Source: a virus (lineage: Duplodnaviria > Heunggongvirae > Uroviricota > Caudoviricetes). From it: 64,000 nucleotides of DNA. A program made the position numbers and the translations under genes. The notes below the pieces were generated by a model. It saw only the letters and a program-made list of their open reading frames with translations. It did not search any database and was not told the DNA's origin. The DNA lies in IMG/VR virus record IMGVR_UViG_3300022562_000051, positions 44,581-108,580 of that record; one strand, 5' to 3'. Below are positions 1 to 10,441 of the stretch, in pieces (position 1 is the stretch's first letter; every line of letters begins with the position of its first letter).

Positions 1-2433
1 CAAAATGTAGATTATAACTACATCAAGTACGTTGAGGGACTTGTTGGGTCTACCTCTGCTGGTAATACCACCTTTGTTCACAACTTCGATGCAGATGAGT
101 CCATTCCTTGGTCTGGTACCAACAGCAACCTTGAAGATAATCTCATTATTGTTGTAGCTGCTAATACCGGTTCCGGTCCTGCCAATGGTACAATTTATCC
201 AATCACCGTCAACGAGGGTGTGTCTATCGTCGGTGGTCTTGGTGGCTCACTAACATTCAATACAGCATCAACCATTACCAAGACGGACATTTATGTGATG
301 ACCAAGGTGAATGATGCAGAGGATAGCCGCAGAACCAAGACGTTCCGCAGTAACACCAACCTGTCTGTTTCACCTTATAATTATCCAGCAAACACGGCAG
401 TAAATATTGATCATACCGTGACCATTGATTCGGTAAATCGTGTTGAAATGAACGTTGAACATGGTCTAATCTACGTGGTTGATCCAAATGTGACCGCAAT
501 TTATCCCGGTGATAGCATCAATCTGTATGTTCCTGATGTAGTCAAAATTCGTAAGGTTCTGGCTGGAACCTACGCTGATAATCCAGATTCTACGAATTAT
601 CAGGATATCACTGATAACTTCGTTGTTGACTATGGACAGTCTGATGAGCTATACGATCACTGCAAGCTCATTCTCAAGCAGGGGTATCCATCACCTAATG
701 CAAAGATGCTTGTCCACGTTGACTTCTTTGAGCATGATGGCGTTGGAACAAGCTACTTCTCTGTTGAGTCATATGAAGCGGATGTATATGAAGATGGTAA
801 CATTCCGGTATACTACTCAAATGATGGCTACGTATACTTCCTGCGCGACTGTCTGGACTTCCGTCCAGTACGCCAGATTGGTAGCCCAACTGCACTGGAT
901 ATTCCAAGAATTCCCGCGCCAGATTCGTCTTGCGAGTTAAGTTTCAGCTACTATCTACCTCGTATTGACAAACTGGTACTGTCGAAGAACAAGGAATTCC
1001 GTATTCTTAAGGGTGTCTCGGCTCCACAGCCGGTCCCACCAGATGATACGGATGACGCAATGACTCTGTATACGATCTATCTGCCGCCATTCGTTGCGCG
1101 TGTGGATGACATTCGTATGCGCTACAATGAGACTAAGCGTTATACCATGAAGGATATCGCTCGCATTGACAAGCGCGTTCAGGCTATCGAATACTACACT
1201 GCTCTGAACAACATTGAATCTATGGCAATGTATGATGATACCAAGTATGATGATGGTAAGACTGAAAAGGAAAAGTTCGGTATCATTGGCGAAGGTTTCA
1301 AGAATTTCAACATTGCTGATTATCAAGACCCCGACTTCAATGTGACGATGGAAGAGGGTGAAATGCGCCCTTACATCAAGAACAGTTCATTTGGTCTTAA
1401 TTTGGTGAGTGGTTCTAACGTCAATCGTCGCAATAAGACTTTGACTCTGAATTACACCGAGGAAGAAATGGTGTCACAGCCAGTTACAAGCAACAAGCTC
1501 ATTTCTGTGCAGCCATTCCTGTTTGCACAGTTTGTGGGTGATGTTCGCTTGAATCCTGACATTGATTATTGGGTATCAGAAACTCTCAAGCCAGACGTAC
1601 TCCGTGCGCCTGAGATTGATGGTCGCGTTCGTGAAATCTTCAATGCCGAGCGCATTGCGAACCAGATTGCGGAGCCTGCTCCACAGGTCACGGTTCCAGT
1701 ACCTTCTACCAATGCAGCTAACCAGATTATCACTACGCCTGCAACTGATCCGCCAGCACAGAACACTTGGTTCACGCTGCCGGTCATTATACCAACTCCG
1801 ACTCCGGTCATTGCTCCGCAGCCTGCTCCTACGACCACGCGCAGCAGGACGATCTTCGATGTTCTGCGTACACTGATCACAGTCAAGGAGCCTGCACCGC
1901 AGCCAACAGTCACCCCACTACCAACAGTTACTACCTCTACTGTTAGGGCTACGAGATTTAGTGGCGGTGGTGGTTGCGTTGCTCTGGAATCCTACATTCC
2001 GTGGGTTGATGGACAGGTATGGAACAACAGTGAAATTCGTCAAGCTTATCAGCTACAGGATGGGTTCAAGATTTGGCTGGCTAATGAGACTAATCTTGCA
2101 GTATTCGTTGGTGAAGTGCGTAAGGGTGCAATCGAACTGCAACCATGCGTTCGTGTGGTCACGGAAGATGGCACTTCGCTGGTCTGCTCGACTACGGCTC
2201 CATTGCCAACCCTACAGGGACTACATCTTGCACCAGATGTTCTTGGTAAGGCAGTTGCAGTGTTCAAGGATGGTATGACTTACTGGAATAAGGTTGTTAG
2301 CGTGGAAGATGCTGGTGTCAAGTTCGTTCGTGTCATTGACGCACATAACAACAGTTTTTGGGCGGGTGAGAAGGAAGGTGCCTACATACTGCACCACAAC
2401 ATGGCAGCACTGAGTACAGTGGAAAAGTTTTAA
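1..2433 (+). CDS. Large virion structural protein, N-terminal half (DUF4815/VrlC-like baseplate-associated), 5'-truncated, ending in a Pro/Thr-rich linker and a Hint domain
   Basis: Frame is open from base 1 (QNVDYNYIKYV...). Contains YYLPRIDKLVL...RYTMKDIARIDKRVQAIEYYTAL and QPFLFAQFVGDVRLNPDIDYW, typical of this family. C-terminus GGGG-CVALES...ILHHN-M. Confidence 0.75.
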   Translation, partial: QNVDYNYIKYVEGLVGSTSAGNTTFVHNFDADESIPWSGTNSNLEDNLIIVVAANTGSGPANGTIYPITVNEGVSIVGGLGGSLTFNTASTITKTDIYVMTKVNDAEDSRRTKTFRSNTNLSVSPYNYPANTAVNIDHTVTIDSVNRVEMNVEHGLIYVVDPNVTAIYPGDSINLYVPDVVKIRKVLAGTYADNPDSTNYQDITDNFVVDYGQSDELYDHCKLILKQGYPSPNAKMLVHVDFFEHDGVGTSYFSVESYEADVYEDGNIPVYYSNDGYVYFLRDCLDFRPVRQIGSPTALDIPRIPAPDSSCELSFSYYLPRIDKLVLSKNKEFRILKGVSAPQPVPPDDTDDAMTLYTIYLPPFVARVDDIRMRYNETKRYTMKDIARIDKRVQAIEYYTALNNIESMAMYDDTKYDDGKTEKEKFGIIGEGFKNFNIADYQDPDFNVTMEEGEMRPYIKNSSFGLNLVSGSNVNRRNKTLTLNYTEEEMVSQPVTSNKLISVQPFLFAQFVGDVRLNPDIDYWVSETLKPDVLRAPEIDGRVREIFNAERIANQIAEPAPQVTVPVPSTNAANQIITTPATDPPAQNTWFTLPVIIPTPTPVIAPQPAPTTTRSRTIFDVLRTLITVKEPAPQPTVTPLPTVTTSTVRATRFSGGGGCVALESYIPWVDGQVWNNSEIRQAYQLQDGFKIWLANETNLAVFVGEVRKGAIELQPCVRVVTEDGTSLVCSTTAPLPTLQGLHLAPDVLGKAVAVFKDGMTYWNKVVSVEDAGVKFVRVIDAHNNSFWAGEKEGAYILHHNMAALSTVEKF
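1975..2400 (+). other. Hint (intein-like/BIL-type) domain, 142 aa, within the first CDS
   Basis: Starts with Cys after GGGG (block A), has VTEDGTSLVCSTTAP (block B without His), and VVSVEDAGVKFVRVID...YILHHN (blocks F/G ending His-Asn). Confidence 0.75.
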
Positions 2434-2444
2434 GGTAAAATAAC

Positions 2445-5400
2445 ATGGCAGACATTACCCAAGGTAAGCTCATTTCAGAATCAACGCTGATTCCGTATAT
2501 TCGTCGGCAGGACGTTATGTTCGACGCCGACAATCTGCGTCCAAACAGGTTGGCAAGAATCTGGTTTGATGACGTTGCTATGAACCTGTTTACTCAGAAG
2601 GGTAACAGGATTGTACTCAACTCTAAGAAGGTACTGACTGTAACGCCAAATACGGGGGCAAGTCCACCGGTTGCTGGTGACATTCTATATCAGGGTTCCT
2701 CTAACCTGTCGCCAACTTTCTCAGCCGTTGTTGATACGTATACGTCAGCTAATACCACCTTGCTCGTCAAGAGCATGTCTGGTAACTTCGATGAAGATGC
2801 CAACGTTTATATTGAGGCTGCGAGCGTTCATGGAAATGTCAGTGCGGTTGGTCAGACATTCATGTACGCAAACATCAGCCGCGTTGTCAACCAGAATACC
2901 TCTGATATCTTTGAGCAGAATGAAGGACTCTTCTGCCTATCTACCAACAATTTCGTTCGCGTAATCGGTAATTCCGGCGAGAACATCCTGTACGTTAATG
3001 AGAATTACATTCAGGCTAATATCTCCGGTAACGTGACCGCATCTTCATTTGCTAATGGCGACATGATCTTCCAGTCTTCGGACGGAACTCGCAACTTCGA
3101 ACGCGCAACATTCGTCGGTAAGGTTGAATATTACTCTACTGCTGGTGGACCCTCTACTGGATTGCTTGTTATCAGTCCAGTAAGAGGTAAGATGAATGTC
3201 AATACCACTACCACAAACGTTCAGTCTCGTATCTGGAACTCTTCCAATTCGGCTGCTCTGATGACCGTGGGTACTGGATATCGTTATTACAACTTTGCCA
3301 ATGGCGACATTCTGGTTTCCACTGCCAACACTGCAAAGCGCGTTTCCATCGTATCGCATGAACATTCCTCTGGTTTGTTCTCTAATGTGGCTAACACTTC
3401 TGGAACAGGTACTACATTGTACCTCAGTTCTACTGCAAACGTAACCACCGCAGTTGGAAACCTGATTTACTTCACGGCAGGAACAGGCTTGGGGCAGTTC
3501 CGTCGTATTACCGCAGTTACCGGAAATACTGTCACTATCGCGGATGCGCTACTTGTCGCCCCAACGTGTAATACCAAGTACAGCATTGGCAACCACTACG
3601 TTGATGAGAATGGTACTCTGTGTGGTATTCTGAACATTCCAGAAGAACCAAACTTCAAGTTCAAGACTGGTGAGCGTGTATTCACAATCACGGACACCAA
3701 CGTTCTTGAGGACAGCGACTATACAATGAAGGCAGCAGCTAAGTTCACCACGGCTGGTTTGCAGAATGCATTGCAGAACTTGAATCTACAATTTCCAACT
3801 ACGCCAATTGTAATTCCAGTTCCACCGGTTCCACCGGACAATCCAGTTAAGCCGCCGCCACCAACCGAAGAGCCAATCTCTCCAACTCCGGTTACGCCAC
3901 CTATCATCACGCCAACTCCGCGTGTTCGACCAAGAGTTGTGCCGCGTTTCCGCTCGGGCGACCCAATCGCACAGACGTTCTTTACGCCTAAGCCAAAGAG
4001 CAACAAGGTCAGCTACGGTGTGTTCGTAACATCCGTTGACCTGTTCTTCGGTGCGAAGCCATCCTTGGCTCGCGGCTCCATGCAGCTACCGGTGTCGGTC
4101 AAGATCGCACGTTGCAGCAATGGATTCCCAACCAAGGACTACCTAGCCGTTTCTACGGTCAAGGCTAAGGATGTTAAGGTTTCGACCTCGCCATCTATTG
4201 ACGATCCAGATACGATTACGAACTTCCCATTTAGTGATCCGGTCTACCTACAGCCAGATACCGAATACGCACTGATCGTGTACTCCGATTCGCCAGAATA
4301 TGAGTGCTACATTGCAGAACTCGGTGGTTCGGTGCTTGGTGCTGATCCGCCTCGTCGTATCTCCGAGCAGCCATACTCTGGTTCGTTCTTCCGTTCGCAG
4401 AATGCAACGACATGGACACCGTACCAGAATGAAGACCTGATGTTCCGCATCAACAAGGCAACTTTCCAGAGCAGCGGTTCTGCCCTGTTCAACCTCAAGG
4501 ATGCACCACTTGCTAACATGAATGTGGATCGCCTGCTTCTGAACACCAACAAGCTGACTTTCCCTGTCGGCAGCATTGATTTCAAGGTGAAGGGCGTCTA
4601 CAAGTCGAACAGCAATTACGATAACTACACTTATATTTCGCCACAGGAAATCTTCGAATACGGCAAGTTGCTCGACGCATCCACCAAGGAATCGTCAGCA
4701 AACTTCCTGAACACTCGTAAGATCATTCTTGGAAATGTAAACAGCCTCAATGTATTGGTGGAGTTCGCATCTTCTGATACCGACGTTTCACCAATTTTCA
4801 ATAAGGATTCGTTCTCAATTATCGTTGGCGAACATGATGTAAACAATGGTGGTGTTTCCAATAACATTATTTCTATCACCAATCGCGGTGCTGGATACAA
4901 TGCGACAGCAACATTGGCTAGCCCATCAAATGTTGTCATCGGCTCTTCCAATAACACACTGAATGCGGCTGCGCATCTGTTTAGACAGACTTATTACGCA
5001 TATGAGGATGGTAGTCTGAACTGGAATATCGGTTTCTACAACGTCACTATAACGGGTGGACAGGGAACCGGTGCTGATGGCTTTGCGGTAGCTAACACGG
5101 ATGGATCGGAAAGTGTCAACTACATCGTGGTCAACTCTTCGGGTAGCGGCTATGTCGAGACTCCGTTAGTATCTATCGCAAGTGGTAACGCTACGAGCGG
5201 ACTCGTTACAGCTACCGCAGTTGCGCAGGGTGAAACTGGAAAGCGTGGTGGTAACATTCGTGCCAAGTACGTCACTCGCCAAATTACGCTGGAAGAAGGT
5301 TTCGAATCGGGCGACTTGAGAGTATTCATGGATTGTGTCCGTCCAATTAATACGGACATTCAGGTATATTACAAGGTTCTTGGTAATGAAGACCCCGAAA

Positions 5401-5654
5401 GGTTCTCGGACAAGTCTTGGGTACGTATGCTAAGACCAGTTGAAAAGTATTCGAAGGATGCTAATCAATTGGTCGAAATGGTATTCCGTCCAGACCTGTT
5501 GGAGAATACACTCAAGTACACCGAAAATGGTACTCAGTACCCAATCGGCGGTAAGTTCAAGTCATTTGCTATCAAGGTATGTCTGTTAACCGCAGACTCC
5601 ACCGTGGTTCCAGTTGTGACTAATCTGAGAATCATTGCTACACCGGATGGATAA
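2445..5654 (+). CDS. Large virion structural protein, C-terminal half (DUF4815/VrlC-like)
   Basis: LIPYIRRQDVMFDADNLRPN, GDPIAQTFF, GVFVTSVDLFF, GSFFRSQNATTWTPYQNEDLMF and C-terminal FKSFAIKVCL...PVVTNLRIIA motifs. 1069 aa. Confidence 0.75.
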   Translation: MADITQGKLISESTLIPYIRRQDVMFDADNLRPNRLARIWFDDVAMNLFTQKGNRIVLNSKKVLTVTPNTGASPPVAGDILYQGSSNLSPTFSAVVDTYTSANTTLLVKSMSGNFDEDANVYIEAASVHGNVSAVGQTFMYANISRVVNQNTSDIFEQNEGLFCLSTNNFVRVIGNSGENILYVNENYIQANISGNVTASSFANGDMIFQSSDGTRNFERATFVGKVEYYSTAGGPSTGLLVISPVRGKMNVNTTTTNVQSRIWNSSNSAALMTVGTGYRYYNFANGDILVSTANTAKRVSIVSHEHSSGLFSNVANTSGTGTTLYLSSTANVTTAVGNLIYFTAGTGLGQFRRITAVTGNTVTIADALLVAPTCNTKYSIGNHYVDENGTLCGILNIPEEPNFKFKTGERVFTITDTNVLEDSDYTMKAAAKFTTAGLQNALQNLNLQFPTTPIVIPVPPVPPDNPVKPPPPTEEPISPTPVTPPIITPTPRVRPRVVPRFRSGDPIAQTFFTPKPKSNKVSYGVFVTSVDLFFGAKPSLARGSMQLPVSVKIARCSNGFPTKDYLAVSTVKAKDVKVSTSPSIDDPDTITNFPFSDPVYLQPDTEYALIVYSDSPEYECYIAELGGSVLGADPPRRISEQPYSGSFFRSQNATTWTPYQNEDLMFRINKATFQSSGSALFNLKDAPLANMNVDRLLLNTNKLTFPVGSIDFKVKGVYKSNSNYDNYTYISPQEIFEYGKLLDASTKESSANFLNTRKIILGNVNSLNVLVEFASSDTDVSPIFNKDSFSIIVGEHDVNNGGVSNNIISITNRGAGYNATATLASPSNVVIGSSNNTLNAAAHLFRQTYYAYEDGSLNWNIGFYNVTITGGQGTGADGFAVANTDGSESVNYIVVNSSGSGYVETPLVSIASGNATSGLVTATAVAQGETGKRGGNIRAKYVTRQITLEEGFESGDLRVFMDCVRPINTDIQVYYKVLGNEDPERFSDKSWVRMLRPVEKYSKDANQLVEMVFRPDLLENTLKYTENGTQYPIGGKFKSFAIKVCLLTADSTVVPVVTNLRIIATPDG

Positions 5655-5656
5655 AA

Positions 5657-5866
5657 ATGAAAGTTCAAGTTAAAGATAACAATAGGTTTGTGCGGGATAC
5701 CCGTAATTTTGCCATTCTCAACACGGATCGCAGTGTTATTGCTGAACATGAACGCAAGCTGGCTAGGATTCAACGGGAAAAACAGCAGCAGGAAGAAATA
5801 AATAACATCAAGAGTGATGTTGCTGAGATAAAGGCAATGATTGCCCAACTACTACAGAGTAAATAA
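5657..5866 (+). CDS. Small conserved T4-like protein (69 aa, coiled-coil C-terminus)
   Basis: FVRDTRNFAILNTD motif followed by INNIKSDVAEIKAMIAQLL. Tightly packed between structural genes. Confidence 0.65.
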   Translation: MKVQVKDNNRFVRDTRNFAILNTDRSVIAEHERKLARIQREKQQQEEINNIKSDVAEIKAMIAQLLQSK

Positions 5867-5869
5867 CCA

Positions 5870-8767
5870 ATGACAGACACAGTTAATATTGGTGCGGTTC
5901 AAACCACCAACACGTTTGGTGAGTGGGTAATACAGACCAACCTAGCTAAAGATGACCTCAATGAGATTGCTCGCGGCAACTTCATTAAGCCTACCGGAAA
6001 CGTTCGTATTAACGTTGGTCCGCTTCTTTTGGCTTGCACAAGTGGAACCTCGCTCGACGTTACTGCTAATGCCAAGATTGCTGGACAGTTGCAAGTCAAG
6101 AACATCCAGCAGGACGGTGGTGGATCATTCTTCTATTCTGACTCTCCTGACATTCAGTTCCGCGAAAGGACTGGAAGTTTCCATGCCAACGGCAATACCA
6201 GCACGGTCTATTTCCGCAATAATGTCTTTATCTCAGCCGCAAACATAAACGCCAACGGTTTCATTGAAACGACTGGCGTATATTCCAACAATGATCTGTT
6301 GCTGAATGTAGCTAATGTCCTGACTGTGGGCAACTCTAATACCAATTATGCGGTCAATGTAACCTCTAATCTGGTTGTCACGCAGAACAGCACCACTGGA
6401 AATCTGGTGGTTTCGGAATTGGCTAACATTGCAACTGGCAACATCGTTGTCGCAAATGTAGCTACATTGAATGTCAATGCTGTCGGCGCAATTGCTACGG
6501 TTGCTAACGCGACCATCTACAACGCAGCCGCTCAGAACGTTCAGACAGTGATGTTGAATGTTACCACTCGCGCCAATGCTGTACTGGCTAACATCGTCAC
6601 CGCAAATGTCGGTAGCTTGAATGTAGCCGCAACGGGTGGCGTAGCCAACTTTGCCAACGTATCCATTGCTAACAGTGTGACTACCAATGCTGCCGCTGGC
6701 ATATTGAATGTTACCACTCGCGCTAATGCGGTTCTTGCTAACATTACCACAGCCAACGTTGCAACACTGAATGTCAATGCTTCGGGTGCGCAAGCCGTTG
6801 TTGCTAATCTGACTGTAAGCAACGTAGCCGCAGCCAACGTTCAGAGTGGCGTTCTGCGCGTGACCGGTCAGGCTAACGCAGCTACACTGAATGTGTCATC
6901 CACAGCCAACATTGCTGTGGGTAACATTGCGAATGTTTACTCAGCTAACGCAGAAGTTTATGTGGCGAACGTCAAGACGCGCCTCAACGCAACAACAGCT
7001 AACATCGGAACGCTTGAACTAAGTGACATTAACATTCTCACTGGTAATGTTACTACTCGCCTGAATGCCGCCCTGATCAACGTAACAACTGCAAATGTCG
7101 CTACGTTGAATGTTCGTGCGGCTGGTGCTGTAGCTAACATTGCCAATGCAAATATTGCAAATGCTGCAATAGCGAATGCGCAGATTGATGTGGGTAACTT
7201 CGCCACTCGTATGAATGCGGCGACGGCTAACATCACAAATCTGTTGGTCACTGACCTGACAGTAAGTGGTTCTCTTTCGGCTCCCGCTGAATCTAACGAA
7301 GTTTCTTATCGTCTTCGTGCCGCTTCCAGCGGAAAGGGTGATGGTTGGTTTGGTGTAAATCAGGGTGGTGCTAATGGTAATGCACAAATCCTGTTTGATT
7401 CTGCTGCGTGGGCATGGAAACTAAGTGCTAACAATCTGGCTGATCCAACTGGTAATACCATTCTCAGCTTGGCAAATGTTAAGACGGCTTATGCTACGGA
7501 TTCCGGCAACGTTGCAACTCTGACTCTCACTAAGGGTGCAAACGATAACGCGGTAGCTGCATACGCTAAAGCCAACGGCGCTGCTAACACAGTGCGCGTT
7601 TCGGCAAATGGTACGGCTACGATTTCACAGGTTCAGTTGAACTTTGTTAACTCAGCATCCATTAACGTTGCTGTGTCGGCAGGCGCGGGTGGTGCGGCGG
7701 GTAATGCTAACATTACTTTCACTGCAAACTCTTCGAATCCTGAACTGTTGGGACCACAAGGAACCACTGGCGCACAAGGCACAACTGGTGTTCAGGGTGT
7801 ACAGGGTACTGCGGGTTATATTGGTTCTGACGGTGCGCAAGGTATTCAGGGTTTGCAAGGTACCACTGGTACACAAGGTGCAACGGGTACGCAGGGTGCA
7901 ACCGGCACTCAAGGTACTACGGGTACTACGGGTACGCAAGGCGCAACAGGCGCACAGGGTACTCAAGGTATTCAGGGTCGCCAAGGAACAACCGGTTCGC
8001 AAGGCGCAACGGGTACACAAGGTGTGCAAGGTACTGCTGGCACGATTGGTGTTGACGGTGCGCAGGGTGCAACCGGTGCGCAGGGTGTGCAAGGTATTCA
8101 GGGTCGGCAGGGTGCAACAGGCGCACAAGGTACGACTGGTGCGCAAGGTACGACTGGCGCAACAGGTATTCAAGGTGCAACCGGTACACAGGGTGCAACT
8201 GGTACGACTGGTTCACAGGGTACAACCGGTGCGCAGGGTACAACTGGTACAACCGGTTCGACTGGTGCGCAAGGTGCAACCGGTGTACAGGGTATTCAGG
8301 GTATCACTGGTCCGTCTACCGCTATTCTTGCTTCGGCATATTCCAGCGGTTCGTACTATCCAGTCATGGTTGCAACCACCGGTTCCAACCAGACGCCACG
8401 TTGCTGTACCTCTATTCTGATTTACAGTTCTGGTACTCTGAGTGCGACGGACTTCTCCGCAACTTCGGACGCTCGACTCAAGAGTGTTGAGGGTACGGTT
8501 GAAGAAGCAACCTTCAAGCTATGCACCATGAGTGGCGTCTACTACAGGTGGAATGAACACGCAAAGGATATTGGTATCATTGATCGTGAACGTCCTGACC
8601 GCTTGGAGATTGGATTGCTCGCACAAGAAGTTCAAAATGTTCTTCCAGAGGCTATCTACACGGATGACAGAGGATATCTACGAATCACTTATGATCGTCT
8701 GGTTCCGGTACTCATCGAAGCAATCAAGGAATTGAACGAAAGAGTCAAGAAGCTAGAGGGGAATTAA
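5870..8767 (+). CDS. Tail fibre 1: Ala/Asn/Val-rich beta-repeat shaft, collagen-like block, C-terminal Peptidase_S74 intramolecular chaperone
   Basis: [13 protein letters not shown] repeats; about 60 G-X-Q/T triplets (7751-8314); SDARLK...IGLLAQEV...[17 protein letters not shown]. Confidence 0.85.
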   Translation: MTDTVNIGAVQTTNTFGEWVIQTNLAKDDLNEIARGNFIKPTGNVRINVGPLLLACTSGTSLDVTANAKIAGQLQVKNIQQDGGGSFFYSDSPDIQFRERTGSFHANGNTSTVYFRNNVFISAANINANGFIETTGVYSNNDLLLNVANVLTVGNSNTNYAVNVTSNLVVTQNSTTGNLVVSELANIATGNIVVANVATLNVNAVGAIATVANATIYNAAAQNVQTVMLNVTTRANAVLANIVTANVGSLNVAATGGVANFANVSIANSVTTNAAAGILNVTTRANAVLANITTANVATLNVNASGAQAVVANLTVSNVAAANVQSGVLRVTGQANAATLNVSSTANIAVGNIANVYSANAEVYVANVKTRLNATTANIGTLELSDINILTGNVTTRLNAALINVTTANVATLNVRAAGAVANIANANIANAAIANAQIDVGNFATRMNAATANITNLLVTDLTVSGSLSAPAESNEVSYRLRAASSGKGDGWFGVNQGGANGNAQILFDSAAWAWKLSANNLADPTGNTILSLANVKTAYATDSGNVATLTLTKGANDNAVAAYAKANGAANTVRVSANGTATISQVQLNFVNSASINVAVSAGAGGAAGNANITFTANSSNPELLGPQGTTGAQGTTGVQGVQGTAGYIGSDGAQGIQGLQGTTGTQGATGTQGATGTQGTTGTTGTQGATGAQGTQGIQGRQGTTGSQGATGTQGVQGTAGTIGVDGAQGATGAQGVQGIQGRQGATGAQGTTGAQGTTGATGIQGATGTQGATGTTGSQGTTGAQGTTGTTGSTGAQGATGVQGIQGITGPSTAILASAYSSGSYYPVMVATTGSNQTPRCCTSILIYSSGTLSATDFSATSDARLKSVEGTVEEATFKLCTMSGVYYRWNEHAKDIGIIDRERPDRLEIGLLAQEVQNVLPEAIYTDDRGYLRITYDRLVPVLIEAIKELNERVKKLEGN

Positions 8768-8768
8768 T

Positions 8769-10109
8769 ATGCCTCGCGTGGCTAATTCATATCCAATCAA
8801 GCTTACTGATGTTATCAATGCGTACACTTATGATTCTTCATCTATCGTAAGAACTGATACTTTCACGACAGTTGCCAATGGCTCGGTTACTGCACCATCC
8901 ACTGCTGCTTGGTGTAAGATTGAGCTTTGGGGTGGTGGTGGCGGTGGTCGCGGGTACAATTCCATTGGCTCACAATACGGTGGTGGTGGCGGTGGCTACG
9001 TATCATATATTGTTCCAGTAGAAGGTGGTGTCACCACCATGGGATATCGCGTTGGTAATGGTGGAGCGGGTGGTGCGGCTGTCACTGGTTCTGGTGGTAT
9101 AGGTTCGACGGGTGGATTTAGTCACGCTAATGGTGTTCCCGGTTTAGATGATACTTTTGTAGGCACACTATATGCATACGGTGGTAAACCGGGATATAAC
9201 GTTGCTCCATCAACCGGTGGATTTTATTCACTCGGCGGCGCACCAGATCAAAATATTACTACTATAGATTCGGATGGTGGTAGTGCCGTATTGGTGCCAA
9301 ATTGTACTGGTCAAGCGGGAGCTAATGGAACAACAACCACAGGTGGAACTGGTGCAAATGGTGGTGCTGGTGGTTCATCCAGCGGCGCGGCTGGTACCGC
9401 ACCGGGGGGCGGCGGCGCACCGGGATATTCCAGTGGTGTCGTTGGTGGTGCTGGCGCACAAGGTAAGGTTGTATTCACTTGGTATGGTAAAAGGACAAGT
9501 GGAGTAACACTTCGTTCATTCTTGTCAGGTGGCTCCTATGTTCCACCAAGTGCTGTTGGTGACAGTGGAAAGATTCCTACCAGTGGTACGTTAAAGATTA
9601 GTGATTTTAAGGGTGCGGATGCAATAGGCTATTATGCCAACAACGTGCCAAATGGCATTTATGATTACAACGCATTCTTGTTCTATGGTAGTGCCGAAAA
9701 CAGCGCAGGCGGGAGTGCAACAGCATATTCTAGCATAAACATCGCTGCAAACGGCATATTCTACGCGGGTTTGACCGATGGAAGCCCTAGCAATGATGTG
9801 CAACGTTGGATGGAAAGATTTAAAACTATTGCCTATTCAACCCTAACTGATGACTTTGACGTTCTATGGAATCCTGTAATTAAATTTGGAACTACTATGA
9901 CGGCTGGTAGTTCATCTGCAAATACATGGATACAAGCCAGCACAAATCCAAAATGGTTGCTTTACGCAGACCAATTCGGTAATGGTACCACAACTTCTTA
10001 CATGAAAGGATATCTGGCATTTCGCAGAAGAAGCGATAACGTCACGGTGGCGAATGTGTATTGTAATGTTTATGCGTATGCTTTAGTTTGGACGGAAGAC
10101 ACAAAATGA
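8769..10109 (+). CDS. Putative fibre-tip cap/adhesin with a glycine-rich domain
   Basis: Directly follows the S74 fibre. Has IELWGGGGGG...GGAGGAA...GKVVFTWY (Gly-rich domain) and GGSYVP...IPTSGTLKISDFKG (cap motif). Confidence 0.6.
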   Translation: MPRVANSYPIKLTDVINAYTYDSSSIVRTDTFTTVANGSVTAPSTAAWCKIELWGGGGGGRGYNSIGSQYGGGGGGYVSYIVPVEGGVTTMGYRVGNGGAGGAAVTGSGGIGSTGGFSHANGVPGLDDTFVGTLYAYGGKPGYNVAPSTGGFYSLGGAPDQNITTIDSDGGSAVLVPNCTGQAGANGTTTTGGTGANGGAGGSSSGAAGTAPGGGGAPGYSSGVVGGAGAQGKVVFTWYGKRTSGVTLRSFLSGGSYVPPSAVGDSGKIPTSGTLKISDFKGADAIGYYANNVPNGIYDYNAFLFYGSAENSAGGSATAYSSINIAANGIFYAGLTDGSPSNDVQRWMERFKTIAYSTLTDDFDVLWNPVIKFGTTMTAGSSSANTWIQASTNPKWLLYADQFGNGTTTSYMKGYLAFRRRSDNVTVANVYCNVYAYALVWTEDTK

Positions 10110-10441
10110 TTCTAATACATCACGTAAATGTCTTGTTTGACAAGTCCACATGGCATTTTGATCCTTCGTTGCAGGACAAGGTGTGGGATAAGATCGTCTA
10201 TATGATCGTGACTCGCGACATAGACATGAATCTTCCAAGAACACCAGTTCAATCATCGGTACACGAATTGATTCTGCCAGCACCGACGCCGGGAAACTTC
10301 ATTCCATTTGACGAGGTTGATGAGGGGGTTGTGATTGGTTGGATTGATCAGCACGATAACACGCTTCTCGACAGTCAGGATGAAAATACTAAGGCACTGG
10401 TAGGTAGGAATAAAAAGCTTTATAGGTTTAATGTGTCATGA
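10106..10441 (+). CDS. Small tail-fibre-associated hypothetical protein
   Basis: ATGA overlap with the upstream stop. PTPGNFIPFDEVDEGVVIGWI resembles a motif common in small proteins next to phage fibres. Confidence 0.6.
   Translation: MILIHHVNVLFDKSTWHFDPSLQDKVWDKIVYMIVTRDIDMNLPRTPVQSSVHELILPAPTPGNFIPFDEVDEGVVIGWIDQHDNTLLDSQDENTKALVGRNKKLYRFNVS

Noticed and set aside
1975-2433. Hint domain as a canonical splicing intein or half of a split intein
   Set aside because: The +1 residue is Met rather than Cys/Ser/Thr, the block-B His is missing, the C-extein is only 11 aa, and ORF 2445 has no intein C-fragment.
5858-5865. AGTAAATA as the late promoter for fibre 1
   Set aside because: Only 4 nt before the ATG, too close compared with the 22-27 nt spacing of the other sites.
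2445-8767. Abundant N-x-S/T sequons suggesting N-glycosylation of structural proteins
   Set aside because: These proteins are very rich in Asn, Thr and Ser, so the count does not look above compositional expectation. A shuffle test would be needed.
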